Below are positions 18,770 through 29,632 of a stretch of DNA of 64,000 nt, piece by piece. Numbering within the stretch: the first letter of the stretch is position 1; every line of letters starts with the position of its first letter. The notes under the pieces were generated by a model. The model did no database searches. It was not told the origin of the DNA and worked only from the letters and a program-made list of their open reading frames with translations. A program made the position numbers and the translations under genes. The stretch comes from Candidatus Multivoradales bacterium (lineage in GTDB: Bacteria > Acidobacteriota > Thermoanaerobaculia > Multivoradales > Multivoraceae), in assembly GCA_965223325.1 (NCBI GenBank), contig CBDCWI010000002.1, positions 4,064,001 through 4,128,000 of the forward strand, given 5' to 3'.

Positions 18770-19837
18770 CTACTCCAGCAGGTCGAGGACCTCTCCCTCA
18801 GGCTGTCCCAGCTCGTTGGCGACGTGCTTCAAGTAGGCCAGTTCGTTGGGGCCGACAGCGCCGTCTCGGCGTGCCAGCACCACCAGATCGGAGAGCACGT
18901 CGTCGACGACGTCGCCGTGCTCACGGAGCGCCCTCCAGTCGATCTCGAAATGGCTTCCCAGTCGCTTGGCTTCATTGAGGAGCTTCTCACGCAGCTCGTC
19001 GTCGATGGGCGCGGTCTCGATGACCGGCACCAGGAAGGCCAGCTCCTCATCCTTGATCTCGCCGTTCTGCTCCATCATGGTTGCCAAAACCTTGATGCGT
19101 TCGACCAAGATCTCGAGCGGCTCTTCTTCGTGGAAGGCGCTGTCGTCGCTGACTTCCTCCAGCACTGCGGCATCGTCGAAGAACTTCTCGGCGACGCCAC
19201 CGATCTTCTTGGTGCTTTTCTTCGTCCAAACCGACATCAAGAGAGCCCCCCCGACCGGCACGCACCGCACCAGCGACTTCTTGAGGTTCTTGACCGCGAT
19301 GACCTTGGCGTAGCTCTGCGCCTTGGCCTGAAGCTGCTCCGCGCCAGACTCGGTGGCGGCACCAGAGCTGCCCTGCCTCGACACCAGATCCGTGGGGACT
19401 CCCATTGCCTGCAGCGGAATATCGAGTAGCAGGTCACGATTGAGCAGGTCGTCTTTGTCGAAGGAGCCGCCGACGTCGGTAAGCATGGCCAGCTGATTGC
19501 CGGTGACCAGAACCAGCTCGCCGGCACTGGCCAGGAGTCCCAACGGCCCGGGAGCTGCAGATGCTGCGGCTGCGATGAGCATGTTGCGATTGGCGTAGCC
19601 ATCGATCACGGCCTTGACGTCTTTGGGGTCGACGTCTTCGGACTGACGCAGCTTGCGATCTTCGAGGACGGGATCGAGCAGCGCGAAGAACCGGGCGCCT
19701 AGAGATTCGGTGACCTTCTCGATCGAGTCGGAAGGCGAGATCGGGATGGCGGTCTTACCCAGGTCGGCGACGCGCTGAGTGAGCCCCGCTGCTGCGCCCA
19801 GCGAACCTGCCAACTCGGCGCTCACCTTTTTCAACAT
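18770..19837 (-). CDS. Hypothetical protein, EcsC-like N-terminus plus TerB-like C-terminus
   Basis: A/G-rich helices (AAAASAAPGPLG, RCVPVGG); C-terminal GEIKDEE ... LARRDGAVGPNELAYLKHVANELG. Confidence 0.55.
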   Translation of the reverse strand: MLKKVSAELAGSLGAAAGLTQRVADLGKTAIPISPSDSIEKVTESLGARFFALLDPVLEDRKLRQSEDVDPKDVKAVIDGYANRNMLIAAAASAAPGPLGLLASAGELVLVTGNQLAMLTDVGGSFDKDDLLNRDLLLDIPLQAMGVPTDLVSRQGSSGAATESGAEQLQAKAQSYAKVIAVKNLKKSLVRCVPVGGALLMSVWTKKSTKKIGGVAEKFFDDAAVLEEVSDDSAFHEEEPLEILVERIKVLATMMEQNGEIKDEELAFLVPVIETAPIDDELREKLLNEAKRLGSHFEIDWRALREHGDVVDDVLSDLVVLARRDGAVGPNELAYLKHVANELGQPEGEVLDLLE

Positions 19838-19896
19838 TGCCCCACGGTAGCATCCGGTCGCTCTGCGCCTCAATGCCCACTGATAGCTTGGCGGCG

Positions 19897-21189
19897 ATGT
19901 CGTACCTCAATCTGGTTTCGGCCGCCGGCTTTTGTGGGTTGCTGTTGTTGGCCTGGGTGCTGGGCGGTGCCAAGCGGCCGCTGCCCTGGCGAACTCTGGC
20001 AGGTGGAACGATCTCGAGCGTCGTGTTTGCTGCTGTCGTCTTCTTGCTGCCAGCGGCCCGCCAGGCCCTTGTGCTGGTCAACGATGCCGTCCTCATGGTG
20101 TTGACGGCGAGCTCTCGTGGCGCCGAGTTCTTGCTCGGCCCGCTGGCCGTCGGTCCTGGTGCGACGACCACGGCGGGGGAGCCTTCGGTAGGCGTCATTC
20201 TGGCGACGCAGGTGTTGCCGGCGGTTATTTTCTTCTCGGCCGCGATGGCTCTTTTCGACCACTTCGGTTGGATCCAGCCGGTGGTGCGCATGTTCGCGCG
20301 TATCTTTCGTCGCTTGCTGGAGGTCTCGGGCGCCGAAGCACTGGTGGGCGCGCTGCACATGTTCTTCGGTGTCGAAAGTGGCGCGGCGATCCGTTCCTAC
20401 CTACCGAGGATGACGCGCTCCGAGTTGCTGGGAGTTCTCGGCACCAACCTGGCAACGGTGGCGTCGACCGTGCTGGCGATCTACGTGCTTTTTCTGCGCG
20501 ACGTCTTTCCTCAGATTGCCGGGCACCTTCTTTCGGCATCGTTGATGTCGATTCCATGTGCCTTGATGGTGAGCAAGCTGGTTCTACCTGAGACGGATAC
20601 CCCCGAGACCCTGGGGCGGGTTCCAGACATGGTGCTCGGGGAGCAACACCAGAGTGCCTTTGCGGCACTGGCTTCTGGTGCGCTGGCAGGCGTCAGGGTT
20701 GCGGTGGGAATCGGCGCGATTCTCATTGCGGTACTCGGACTTGTCGGTGTCGTCGATGCCCTCCTTGCGAGCCTTGCGGGGGTGACCGGCTTCGAAGCGG
20801 CGGCAAGTCTCGATCGCATTCTGGGTGTCGTGTTCGTTCCCTTTGCGTGGTTGATCGGAATCGAAGCGGCAGATGTCGGTGAGGCGGGCCGACTGCTCGG
20901 GCAGCGCCTGGTGGCCACTGAAATCGTCAGCTACCAGGAACTCGGACAGCGCGTCGCGGCAGGCGAGGTTTCTGGGCGCACTCTGATGGTGCTCTCCTAT
21001 TCCCTCTGCGGTTTTGCCCACATTGCCGGTGTCGGGATCGCTGTCGGCGGGTTCGCCGCACTGGCGCCGACGAGGCTCGAAGATCTGTCCGCACTCGCCC
21101 CGCGATGCCTCGTCGTTGCAACTCTCGCGACCTTGATGACCGGCGCCCTGGCGGGCATCTTCTACGTCGGTCAAGGAGGTCTCTTGTGA
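19897..21189 (+). CDS. CNT/NupC-family nucleoside transporter
   Basis: QVLPAVIFFSA, VSGAE, YSLCGFAH; polytopic membrane protein. Confidence 0.88.
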   Translation: MSYLNLVSAAGFCGLLLLAWVLGGAKRPLPWRTLAGGTISSVVFAAVVFLLPAARQALVLVNDAVLMVLTASSRGAEFLLGPLAVGPGATTTAGEPSVGVILATQVLPAVIFFSAAMALFDHFGWIQPVVRMFARIFRRLLEVSGAEALVGALHMFFGVESGAAIRSYLPRMTRSELLGVLGTNLATVASTVLAIYVLFLRDVFPQIAGHLLSASLMSIPCALMVSKLVLPETDTPETLGRVPDMVLGEQHQSAFAALASGALAGVRVAVGIGAILIAVLGLVGVVDALLASLAGVTGFEAAASLDRILGVVFVPFAWLIGIEAADVGEAGRLLGQRLVATEIVSYQELGQRVAAGEVSGRTLMVLSYSLCGFAHIAGVGIAVGGFAALAPTRLEDLSALAPRCLVVATLATLMTGALAGIFYVGQGGLL

Positions 21190-22043
21190 ACCAGCGAGCG
21201 TCCGCGCCGCTCGCTGCCCGGTTGGCCGAAGCCGAAAGCGTGGTCCGTGAGCACACGACGCTTGCTCCGCAGGTCGCCCTGGTGCTTGGTTCAGGGAGCG
21301 GCGATCTCGCCACGGAACTCACCGACGCGGTGTCCATCGACTACGCAGCGATTCCACACTTTCCAGAGGCCACTGCGCCCTCGCATGCCGGTCGGCTTCA
21401 CCTCGGGTGGCTGGCCGGGAAGACGATCGCCGTCATGGAGGGGCGGCTGCATTTGTACGAAGGGCATACGCCTGCCGACATTGCCTTTCCCGTGCGGCTC
21501 TTGGCCCGCCTGGGTGCCGAGACCCTGATCCTCACCAACGCGGCGGGCGGTCTCAACCCCGGCTACGCGGCTGGCGACGTGATGTTGCTCGAAGACCACC
21601 TCAGCCTGCCGAGCCTTGCCGGGCTCGATCCCTTGCGCGGCCCGAACGAGGCCGACATCGGTCCCCGCTTCGTAGGCTTGAACGGGGCCTACGATCGCGA
21701 GTTGCGGGAGGTCGCCGAGCGTTGCGCTGGGGAGAGTGAACTCACTTGCCACCGGGGTTGCTACGGCTTTGTCGTCGGCCCAGCTTTCGAAACACCCGCC
21801 GAGGTGCGTTTCTTGCGCGGCATCGGTGCCGACGCCGTCGGCATGTCGACCGTTCCCGAGGTGGTGGCAGCTCGTCACTCGGGAATGCGGGTGCTGGCGC
21901 TGAGCATCATTTCGAATCTCGCGGTCGCTGACGTCTCGAGCAGTCATGAGACCAATGTCGAGGAAGTCTGGGACACCCTGTCCCAGATGATGCCCCGATT
22001 GCGCCGGTTTCTCCGAACCCTGCTTCAGAAGCTGCCGGTCTAG
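21186..22043 (+). CDS. Purine-nucleoside phosphorylase (trimeric type)
   Basis: LVLGSG, HAGRL, GRLHLYEG, TNAAGG, GPAFETPAE, VGMSTVPEV. Confidence 0.93.
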   Translation: MNQRASAPLAARLAEAESVVREHTTLAPQVALVLGSGSGDLATELTDAVSIDYAAIPHFPEATAPSHAGRLHLGWLAGKTIAVMEGRLHLYEGHTPADIAFPVRLLARLGAETLILTNAAGGLNPGYAAGDVMLLEDHLSLPSLAGLDPLRGPNEADIGPRFVGLNGAYDRELREVAERCAGESELTCHRGCYGFVVGPAFETPAEVRFLRGIGADAVGMSTVPEVVAARHSGMRVLALSIISNLAVADVSSSHETNVEEVWDTLSQMMPRLRRFLRTLLQKLPV

Positions 22044-22102
22044 CGGCGCTGAGGCCGCCGCGGACCCACCGGCCTCGGGCAGTCCGATATCGTGTCTCCA
22101 AT

Positions 22103-23143
22103 ATGTCATTCCAAGTCGTTCGTGGGGAGGGAGGCAACATTGAGCTTCCCGATTTCCCCAAGGTTCCTCCGGGGGCGCGCCGCTTCGCGTTCCTGCTGCC
22201 GTTACTGGTCTTGGCAGCAGTCGTGGTTTTCGATTCGGTCTACACCGTCCAACCCGAGGAGGTGGGGATCATCCTCCGACTCGGCAAGTACCGTGGTCAA
22301 GAACATGATGCCGGCCCCGGTCTGCACCTCAAAGTTCCGATCATCGATCGGGTAACCAAGGTGCCGGTCGAGCGTCAGCTCAAGGCAGAGTTTGGCTTTC
22401 GCACCGAGAGTGTCGGGGTCCGTTCGACGTTTTCGACCGCCCCCAAGGAAGCCAGCATGCTCACCGGCGATCTCAACGCGGCGATGGTCGAGTGGGTCGT
22501 GCAGTACCGCATTCAGGACGCCTACAAGTACCTCTTCAAGGTGCGCCACGTCGAGGAGACCTTCCGCGACATGAGCGAAGCGGTGATGCGCAAGGTGGTT
22601 GGCGAGCGCACGGTCAACGAAGTTCTCACCGTTGGCCGTGCCGAGATCGAAGACGAGGTGCAGGTCGACCTGCAGGCGCTGTGTGACCAGTACGAGACCG
22701 GCATTCGCGTCGACCAGGTCGTCTTGCAGACGATCAACCCGCCCGACCCGGTCAAGCCGTCATTCAACGAGGTCAACCAGGCCGAGCAGGAGCTCGAGCG
22801 GCTGGTCAACGAAGCGCAGCAGCAGTACAACCGGGTCATTCCCCAGGCACAGGGCCAGGCGCGCCAGGCGATTCAGCAGGCCGAGGGTTACGCCCTCGAT
22901 CGCGTCAATCGCTCCGAGGGCGACGCCAAACGCTTCAACGCTCTCTACGACGAGTACCGAAAGGCCCCCGAAGTCACCCGTACCCGCCTCTACCTCGAGA
23001 CCATGGCGAAGGTGATGGAGGCAGCTGGCCAGAAGGTGGTTGTCGATGAAGACATCGAAGGCCTGGTGCCGATGATGGGCCTCGAAGGTACGCGCAAAGA
23101 AGAAATCGGTAAGGCTGCGGCCGCCGCCCAGGGGAGCAACTAG
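22103..23143 (+). CDS. hflK: FtsH modulator HflK (SPFH)
   Basis: TM + SPFH domain, MLTGDLN, FNEVNQAEQE, YRKAPEVTRTRLYLETM. Confidence 0.92.
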   Translation: MSFQVVRGEGGNIELPDFPKVPPGARRFAFLLPLLVLAAVVVFDSVYTVQPEEVGIILRLGKYRGQEHDAGPGLHLKVPIIDRVTKVPVERQLKAEFGFRTESVGVRSTFSTAPKEASMLTGDLNAAMVEWVVQYRIQDAYKYLFKVRHVEETFRDMSEAVMRKVVGERTVNEVLTVGRAEIEDEVQVDLQALCDQYETGIRVDQVVLQTINPPDPVKPSFNEVNQAEQELERLVNEAQQQYNRVIPQAQGQARQAIQQAEGYALDRVNRSEGDAKRFNALYDEYRKAPEVTRTRLYLETMAKVMEAAGQKVVVDEDIEGLVPMMGLEGTRKEEIGKAAAAAQGSN

Positions 23144-24130
23144 ATGCGTTTTCTGATCATCGTCGTCATCTTTGGCCTACTCCTCCTGGCGCTGAACTCG
23201 GCGTTCATCGTGCGCGAGACAGAGCAGGTCATCATCACCCAGTTCGGCCAGGTGCAGGGCGACCCGATCGACGAGCCCGGCCTGCATTGGAAGGTGCCCT
23301 TCGTGCAGAAGGTCGTGGCGTTCGACAAGCGCTTCCTCGAGTGGCAGGGCGACGCCGAAGAACTGCCCACGAAAGACAAGGTCTTCATCTTTGTCGACAA
23401 CTACGCCCGCTGGCGTATCGCCGACCCGAAGAAGTTCTTCGAGCGCCTCGGCGACGAGCGCGGCGCGCAGTCCCGACTCGACGACATCATCGACGGCGAA
23501 ACCCGCAACGCGCTGGCCCGTCACAACCTGATCGAGGTCATCCGGTCGACCAATCGGGTGCCGATCGTCGACGAGTCCGTGCAACAGATCGCCGAGAACC
23601 TGGTGAGGACTGACGACCCGGAAAACCCGCGCCACGCCGGTGGTGACGATCGCTGGCTCGAGATCGAGGCGGGGCGCGACCGGATCCGCCAGCAGATTCT
23701 CGATGCCGCCAAGCGGCGCATGGAGGCGGATCTCGGAATCGAGATTCTCGACGTCCAGTTCCGGCGCATCAACTACGGCGAATCCGTCGAGCGCGACGTG
23801 TTCAACCGCATGGTCTCCGAGCGCAAGCGCATCGCCGACCGTTATCGATCGCAGGGGCGCGGTGAACAGGCGCGCATCCTCGGCGACATGGAGCGCGACC
23901 TCAAGAAGATCCAATCGGAGGCCTATCGCGAGGCGGAAGAGATCCGCGGTCGCGCAGACGCCAAGGCGACCGAGGTTTACGCCAGCGCCTACAACCAGTC
24001 CGCCGATTCGCGCAGCTTCTACGAGTTCCTGAAGACGATGGAGACCTTCGAATCGACGGTCGACCCGGAGACCGTTCTGATGCTCTCGACCGAGGGCGAC
24101 TTCTACCGTTACCTGAAGGGAAGCCGCTAG
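23144..24130 (+). CDS. hflC: FtsH modulator HflC (SPFH)
   Basis: PGLHWKVPF, VDNYARWRIADP, RMVSERKRIA..YRSQG, FYEFLKTME. Confidence 0.92.
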   Translation: MRFLIIVVIFGLLLLALNSAFIVRETEQVIITQFGQVQGDPIDEPGLHWKVPFVQKVVAFDKRFLEWQGDAEELPTKDKVFIFVDNYARWRIADPKKFFERLGDERGAQSRLDDIIDGETRNALARHNLIEVIRSTNRVPIVDESVQQIAENLVRTDDPENPRHAGGDDRWLEIEAGRDRIRQQILDAAKRRMEADLGIEILDVQFRRINYGESVERDVFNRMVSERKRIADRYRSQGRGEQARILGDMERDLKKIQSEAYREAEEIRGRADAKATEVYASAYNQSADSRSFYEFLKTMETFESTVDPETVLMLSTEGDFYRYLKGSR

Positions 24131-24156
24131 CCCCCTCCGGGCGGCGGGGTGCCCCC

Positions 24157-25359
24157 ATGGTCGGGATTCTCGGGCTCTTCGTCATCCCGCTCATTGCCTG
24201 GAGTCTCTCCACGGCGCGCGCGAAGGTCGTCTGGCGGACGGTCTTCGTTGGCATGGCGTTCCAGTTCACCTTCGCCCTTCTCATTCTGCGCACCGAGCCG
24301 GGCCGTCGTTTGTTCGAGGCCGCCAACACCGGGGCGACCTGGCTGCTGGGGTTCACCGACGCCGGGTCGAGCTTCATCTTCGGTCCGAACTTTCGCGACC
24401 ACCCGTTTGCGTTCCAGGTTCTGCCGACGATCATCTTCTTCTCGAGCCTGATCTCGGTGCTCTACTACATCGGCTTTTTGCAGTTGGTGGTCAAAGGCTT
24501 CGCCTGGTTGATGATGCGCCTTCTGCGGACCTCGGGTTCGGAGTCACTCTCCGCCTCGGCCAACATCTTCGTTGGCCAGACCGAGGCGCCGCTCCTGGTC
24601 AAGCCCTACGTCAGCACCATGACCCAGTCAGAGTTGATGGCGGTCATGACCGGTGGCTTTGCAACCGTCGCCGGGGGAGTGATGGCGCTCTATATGCAGT
24701 GGGGCATCGAGGCCGGGCACTTGATTGCCGCCAGCGTGATGTCGGCGCCGGCGGCGTTGGTGATGGCCAAGTTGATGGTTCCCGAAACCGAGCACAGCAT
24801 GACGGCCGGCAAAGTCGAGCTCGAAGTCGACCTGCCCTACGTCAACGCCATCGATGCCGCGGCGAGCGGGGCTGCCGACGGTCTCAAGCTGGCGCTCAAC
24901 GTCGGCGCGATGTTGCTCGCCTTCGTAGCCCTGATCGCGATGCTCGACGGCATTCTGGTGCCGATCGGGGAGTGGATCGGCAGGCCGTACCTCAGTCTCA
25001 ACTGGATCCTCGGCTGGCTCTTCCGCCCCCTCGCCTGGGTGATGGGTGTGCCCTGGGCCGAGGCCGACACCGTCGGCACGCTACTTGGGGTCAAGACGGT
25101 TGCCAACGAACTGATCGCCTACGACCAGATGCGCGAACTTGCTCCGGATACTCTTTCTCCGCGTTCGCGGGTGATCGCGATCTACTCGTTGTGCGGCTTT
25201 GCCAACTTCTCCTCGATCGCAATCCAGATCGGTGGCATCGGTGGCATCGCGCCGGAACGCAAGGGTGACATCGCACGCCTCGGTCTTCGCGGCATGGTTG
25301 CCGGCTCGCTGGCTTGCTTTCAGACGGCGACAATCGCGGGTCTGATCGCGCCTCTGTAG
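24157..25359 (+). CDS. CNT/NupC-family nucleoside transporter (canonical)
   Basis: FQVLPTIIFFSSL, ANIFVGQTEAP, GGFATVAGG, LCGFANFSSIAIQIGG. Confidence 0.93.
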   Translation: MVGILGLFVIPLIAWSLSTARAKVVWRTVFVGMAFQFTFALLILRTEPGRRLFEAANTGATWLLGFTDAGSSFIFGPNFRDHPFAFQVLPTIIFFSSLISVLYYIGFLQLVVKGFAWLMMRLLRTSGSESLSASANIFVGQTEAPLLVKPYVSTMTQSELMAVMTGGFATVAGGVMALYMQWGIEAGHLIAASVMSAPAALVMAKLMVPETEHSMTAGKVELEVDLPYVNAIDAAASGAADGLKLALNVGAMLLAFVALIAMLDGILVPIGEWIGRPYLSLNWILGWLFRPLAWVMGVPWAEADTVGTLLGVKTVANELIAYDQMRELAPDTLSPRSRVIAIYSLCGFANFSSIAIQIGGIGGIAPERKGDIARLGLRGMVAGSLACFQTATIAGLIAPL

Positions 25360-25389
25360 GTCGTTTCTCGGTGCAGAGTAGAACCGGGA

Positions 25390-26574
25390 CTATCCTGCTC
25401 CGCTGCGAACGGCAGACGTGTTGGCGATCGAGATGTGGCCGCTCTGGTAGAGGCTACGGATCACCAACTGGGCATCGAGCGTGTTCATTGGGCTGATCTT
25501 GATCAGTGACTCGATGTCATAGGACCCGTTGATGCGCGAGAGGGCGAAGCCCTCTTCGGGTGTGAGGTCTAGCGAGGTGAGTTCGTCGACGCTGCGCTCG
25601 AGCACTGGAACAGCATCGAGCGACAGGCCTTCCTCGCCGAGCTTGGTGCGAATGTGAGACTCCGCCTTCTTGAGGTGCTTTTCAACCTTGGTGCAATCCG
25701 GCTCGAGGCTGAGTGCCGCCCGCAGGTGGCGAAGGGCTTTGGCGAAGTTGCCCTGCACCAGATGACGATCGGCGGACTCGATCAGCGCGTCTGAGCTCAC
25801 CACTGCCATCGCCGTTGCCGACCCTGCACCCGGTGCGGAGGCGACGAGCGATCTGCCTTGCGAAGGGGCCGTTCCGCGCGCCCGGACGACCTTGACCAGT
25901 CCTTGCTGTTGGAGGAAGAACAGCGACTGCGAGACGTGAAACTCGCTCGCATGAGCCTGCATGCAGATCTCGCGTACCGTCCTGTCGTCATCGATCAGGG
26001 CGGCGACTTTGGCCACCGAAGGTGGCAGTTCCTCGGCCGGGATGTCGCCGAGCGAGACCGGCACCGCCTCGGCGTTGGGAATCGCTTCCCGGATGCGTTT
26101 CCATTCGTCGAGGCGGTTGATGCCCTGCAGAACGAGCGCTTGTACGTCGAGGGCCATCGGGATGTTGCCCTTGTCGAGCGTCTCGTCGTCGACGAAGCGA
26201 AACTCGCCTTCCTTCCAGAAGAAGACGTCGTAGACGGACTCTTGAGTCTTCATCACCAGGAGGCGCTGCAGCTCTTCATCAGCGATCGCGCCAATGGTGC
26301 TGAGGATCTTTCCCAGCAACATTCCGGTCTCACTCTGGATCTCCATTGCCTTGGCCAGCTCAGGCTCGGTGATGAACCCATGCGAGACGAGGAAATGCCC
26401 CAGGTACTCGCTTGGATCGGTGGAGGCCGAGGCGACAATCTGGCCGCGAACGAAGTAGATGCGCTTGCGCACCGTGCCGTTGTCGATCAGCAGATTGCCG
26501 GTCTTGCCACCCTGAGCGATCCATTGCAGGAGCTCGGAGAGCTCCATGGTCTTGAGGTTGCCGGAAATACTCAT
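25390..26574 (-). CDS. DUF4388-domain protein with TPR-like helix
   Basis: ISGNLKTMELSELLQWI..GKTGNL N-terminus, W-x-EGEFRF, LTPEEGFALSRINGSYDI C-terminal module. Confidence 0.75.
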   Translation of the reverse strand: MSISGNLKTMELSELLQWIAQGGKTGNLLIDNGTVRKRIYFVRGQIVASASTDPSEYLGHFLVSHGFITEPELAKAMEIQSETGMLLGKILSTIGAIADEELQRLLVMKTQESVYDVFFWKEGEFRFVDDETLDKGNIPMALDVQALVLQGINRLDEWKRIREAIPNAEAVPVSLGDIPAEELPPSVAKVAALIDDDRTVREICMQAHASEFHVSQSLFFLQQQGLVKVVRARGTAPSQGRSLVASAPGAGSATAMAVVSSDALIESADRHLVQGNFAKALRHLRAALSLEPDCTKVEKHLKKAESHIRTKLGEEGLSLDAVPVLERSVDELTSLDLTPEEGFALSRINGSYDIESLIKISPMNTLDAQLVIRSLYQSGHISIANTSAVRSGAG

Positions 26575-26780
26575 TGTTCTGGGAGGTCGGGACGGGTAGT
26601 CCCAACTTCCGAGAATACTATGAATACGGAGTTTTCTAAACCCCGAAGGAGCTTTTTCAGGGTCCGCCCGGTCCTGGGGTCCCGAGGAGCGGCGCCAGGC
26701 TGCCGCTCGTAGGGCCAGGACGGTGGCCCGGCAGGCCCCCGACAGCCCCCCAGAGCCCCGCGCCGACCTCGAGAAACCGC

Positions 26781-27269
26781 CTACTCGCGGGCGATTGTGG
26801 TCCCGGTCTGGCCCTGGTAGTGGCTGCCCGAGCCGGGCTCGCCGTAGGCGATCTCAGGCTCAGACTCCATCGAAATAAAGATCAACTGGGCAATCCGGCG
26901 CCCGGCCTCGAGGACAAAGGGCACCGGCCCGAGGTTTTGCAGCTCGAGGGTGATCTGGCCCTTGAACCCCGGGTCACACCAGCCGGCCAGCGAGTGGTTG
27001 ATCCACAAGCGACCGAGGGTCGACTTGAGCTTCAGGTCGCAGGCGACATTGCGCGGGATGATGACGTACTCGAGGGTCGAGGCCAGAAGCACCTCGCCGG
27101 GAAAAAGCTTGACGCTTGGGGCTGAGAAGTCTTCTGGGTCGCGAGTCGGGCAGATCCAATGGTCGCCGACCCGCACGTCGTAGCTGGCTGCGTTCACTTG
27201 CTCGGGGACGTACGGGTCGACGTTGCCGGCTTCTGCCCAGCTGCGAATCCAATGGTCGGGCTTGATCAT
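26781..27269 (-). CDS. dcd: dCTP deaminase
   Basis: ASYDVR, STLEY, KSTLGRL, DPGFKGQITLE, RIAQL, YQGQ. Confidence 0.88.
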   Translation of the reverse strand: MIKPDHWIRSWAEAGNVDPYVPEQVNAASYDVRVGDHWICPTRDPEDFSAPSVKLFPGEVLLASTLEYVIIPRNVACDLKLKSTLGRLWINHSLAGWCDPGFKGQITLELQNLGPVPFVLEAGRRIAQLIFISMESEPEIAYGEPGSGSHYQGQTGTTIARE

Positions 27270-27335
27270 GAGGCCTTTTCCGTCGGCATGGGTTGTTTTG
27301 ATGTTGGAGAGCTTCGCGGTGCCAGCGCCGGGCTT

Positions 27336-28340
27336 CTACCTGAAGTGCACCGCCTGCGTCGTATCGTCGCGGTGAATGGTGTCGACGAAACGAATGACGC
27401 GGCGCGACAGCGACATGAAGAGCGTCGAGGTTCGGCAGCCGTGGCCGAAGAAGCGCACTCCGCGCAGTAGCTCGCCGCTGGTGACACCCGTGGCGCAGAA
27501 GAGAATGTTCTCTCCTGGTGCCAGGTCCTCGGTGTTGTAGACGCGATCGAGACTCTCGATGCCGAGTTCCTTGACGCGCTTCTCCTGACCTTCGTCGAGA
27601 GCACAAAGGCGGCCCTTGATCTCACCTCCCAGGCAGCGCATCGCCGCGGCGGTGATGACGCCTTCGGGGGCACCGCCAATTCCGAAAACGGCGTGGATGC
27701 CCGTGCCGCGCACGGCGGCAGCGATTCCGGCCGACAGGTCACCGTCACCGATCAGTTGGATGCGAGCACCAGCACTCCGGATGTCTTCGATGAGCTGGCC
27801 GTGACGTTCGCGGTCGAGCACCACAACGGTGAGGTCGCGGACCTCTCTCTCGAAACGGTCCGCGATGTTACGCAGGTTCTCAGACACTGGTGCGTCGAGG
27901 TGAACTGCGCCGCGGGCGGTCGGCCCGACGACGATCTTCTCCATGTAGACGTCGGGAGCTTCGAGCAGCCCGCCGCGCTCGGACGCTGCCAGAACGGCGA
28001 TCGCGTCGGGCGCACCGGTTGCGCAAAGGTTGGTGCCCTCGAGCGGGTCGACGGCGATATCGATCTTGGGTGCTCCAGCGACGTTGCAGCTGCTGCCCAC
28101 CTGCTCTCCAGTCCACAACATCGGTGCTCGGTCTCGTTCGCCCTCACCAATGACGATGCGACCGCACATGGCAATGGTGTCCATCTCCTTGCGCATTGCC
28201 TCGACGGCGGCGCGATCCGACTCTTCGCCATCGCCCTTTCCCATGGTCAGGGCGGAGGCGATGGCGGCGGCGTCGGTGACGCGGATGAAGTCCTGTTCGA
28301 AGACCGTGTCGAGGGCGTCCTGGATGTCGACGTTCTTCAT
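27336..28340 (-). CDS. glpX: Class II fructose-1,6-bisphosphatase
   Basis: [45 protein letters not shown]. Confidence 0.95.
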   Translation of the reverse strand: MKNVDIQDALDTVFEQDFIRVTDAAAIASALTMGKGDGEESDRAAVEAMRKEMDTIAMCGRIVIGEGERDRAPMLWTGEQVGSSCNVAGAPKIDIAVDPLEGTNLCATGAPDAIAVLAASERGGLLEAPDVYMEKIVVGPTARGAVHLDAPVSENLRNIADRFEREVRDLTVVVLDRERHGQLIEDIRSAGARIQLIGDGDLSAGIAAAVRGTGIHAVFGIGGAPEGVITAAAMRCLGGEIKGRLCALDEGQEKRVKELGIESLDRVYNTEDLAPGENILFCATGVTSGELLRGVRFFGHGCRTSTLFMSLSRRVIRFVDTIHRDDTTQAVHFR

Positions 28341-29557
28341 CGTGAACCATCTCGTGATGCCTCGTGAGCCATGTCGCGACTCATCGGCGGGTTGTAAGAG
28401 GCGATCCCGGTGATGGCCTGGCCGATGACCAGGCCATGAATGTCGTGGGTGCCTTCGTAGGTGTACACCGACTCGATGTTCATCATGTGGCGCATGATCG
28501 GGTAGTCGTCGACGATTCCGGCGGCGCCCAGAACCTCGCGTGCGAGCTTGGCGCACTCGCGCGCGACCCAGACGTTGTTGCGCTTGCACATCGACACGTG
28601 ATGCGGTTTCATGGTGCCGGCGTCCTTGAGGCGGCCGAGCTGCAACGCGAGGAACTGTCCCTTGGTGATCTCGGTGATCATCCAGGCCAGTCGGTCCTGG
28701 ATGATCTGATGGCTGGCGATCGGTTGCCCGGCCCACTGGCGGCGCTCCTTCGCGTACTCGAGAGCCGTGTGGTAGCACTCCATCGCCGAGCCGATGCCAC
28801 CCCAGGCGATGCCGTAGCGTGCCTGGGTGAGGCACGAGAGCGGGCTCTTGAGACCGGCGGATTCGGGTAAAACAGCATCGCCCGGCAGTCGGCAGTCTCG
28901 AAAGATCAGTTCGCCAGTTGCTGAAGCGCGTAATGAGAACTTGCCGTGAATCGGTGCACGCTCGAAACCCGGTGTCTCCTTGGGGACCACAAAGCCGCGA
29001 ATGCCATTGTCGGTGCGGGCCCAGACCACGGCAACGTCGGCGAGATCACCGTTGGTGATCCACATCTTCTGACCGTTGAGGATCCAGTCGTCACCGTCGC
29101 GTTTCGCGGTTGTCGTCATGGCGCTCGGGTTGGACCCGAAGTCGGGCTCGGTCAGCCCGAAGCAGCCGATCGCTTCGCCTGAGGCCAGCGGTGGAATCCA
29201 ACGGTCACGTTGCTCCTGGGAGCCGAAAGTGTAGATCGGGTACATCACCAACGAGCTCTGCACCGAGGCCATGCTGCGCAGGCCAGAGTCGCCCCGCTCG
29301 AGCTCCTGATTGATCAGGCCGTAGCCGATCGCGCCGAGGCCCGGCAGGTCGTAGTCGTCGATCGTCGGGCCGAACAGGTTGAGCTCGCCCATCATCGGCA
29401 CGAGCTCGAGCGGCGCCCGTCCTTCGCGGTGGCAGTCCTCGATGATCGGCATCACGTGCTGATCGACGAAGGAGCGCACCGAGTCGCGGATCAGGCGGTC
29501 CTCTCCAGAGAGCAAAGAGTCGAATTCGAGGTAGTCAACGCCGGGGAAGCGGTCCAT
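28337..29557 (-). CDS. Acyl-CoA dehydrogenase, glutaryl-CoA dehydrogenase-like
   Basis: [50 protein letters not shown]. Confidence 0.9.
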   Translation of the reverse strand: MDRFPGVDYLEFDSLLSGEDRLIRDSVRSFVDQHVMPIIEDCHREGRAPLELVPMMGELNLFGPTIDDYDLPGLGAIGYGLINQELERGDSGLRSMASVQSSLVMYPIYTFGSQEQRDRWIPPLASGEAIGCFGLTEPDFGSNPSAMTTTAKRDGDDWILNGQKMWITNGDLADVAVVWARTDNGIRGFVVPKETPGFERAPIHGKFSLRASATGELIFRDCRLPGDAVLPESAGLKSPLSCLTQARYGIAWGGIGSAMECYHTALEYAKERRQWAGQPIASHQIIQDRLAWMITEITKGQFLALQLGRLKDAGTMKPHHVSMCKRNNVWVARECAKLAREVLGAAGIVDDYPIMRHMMNIESVYTYEGTHDIHGLVIGQAITGIASYNPPMSRDMAHEASRDGSR

Positions 29558-29632
29558 GGATTGTCTCCGCGAAATAAGGGAAGAGGGGCCGGCGCACGAT
29601 ACCAGCGTCAGGCTGCAACGAGTCGCCAACCG

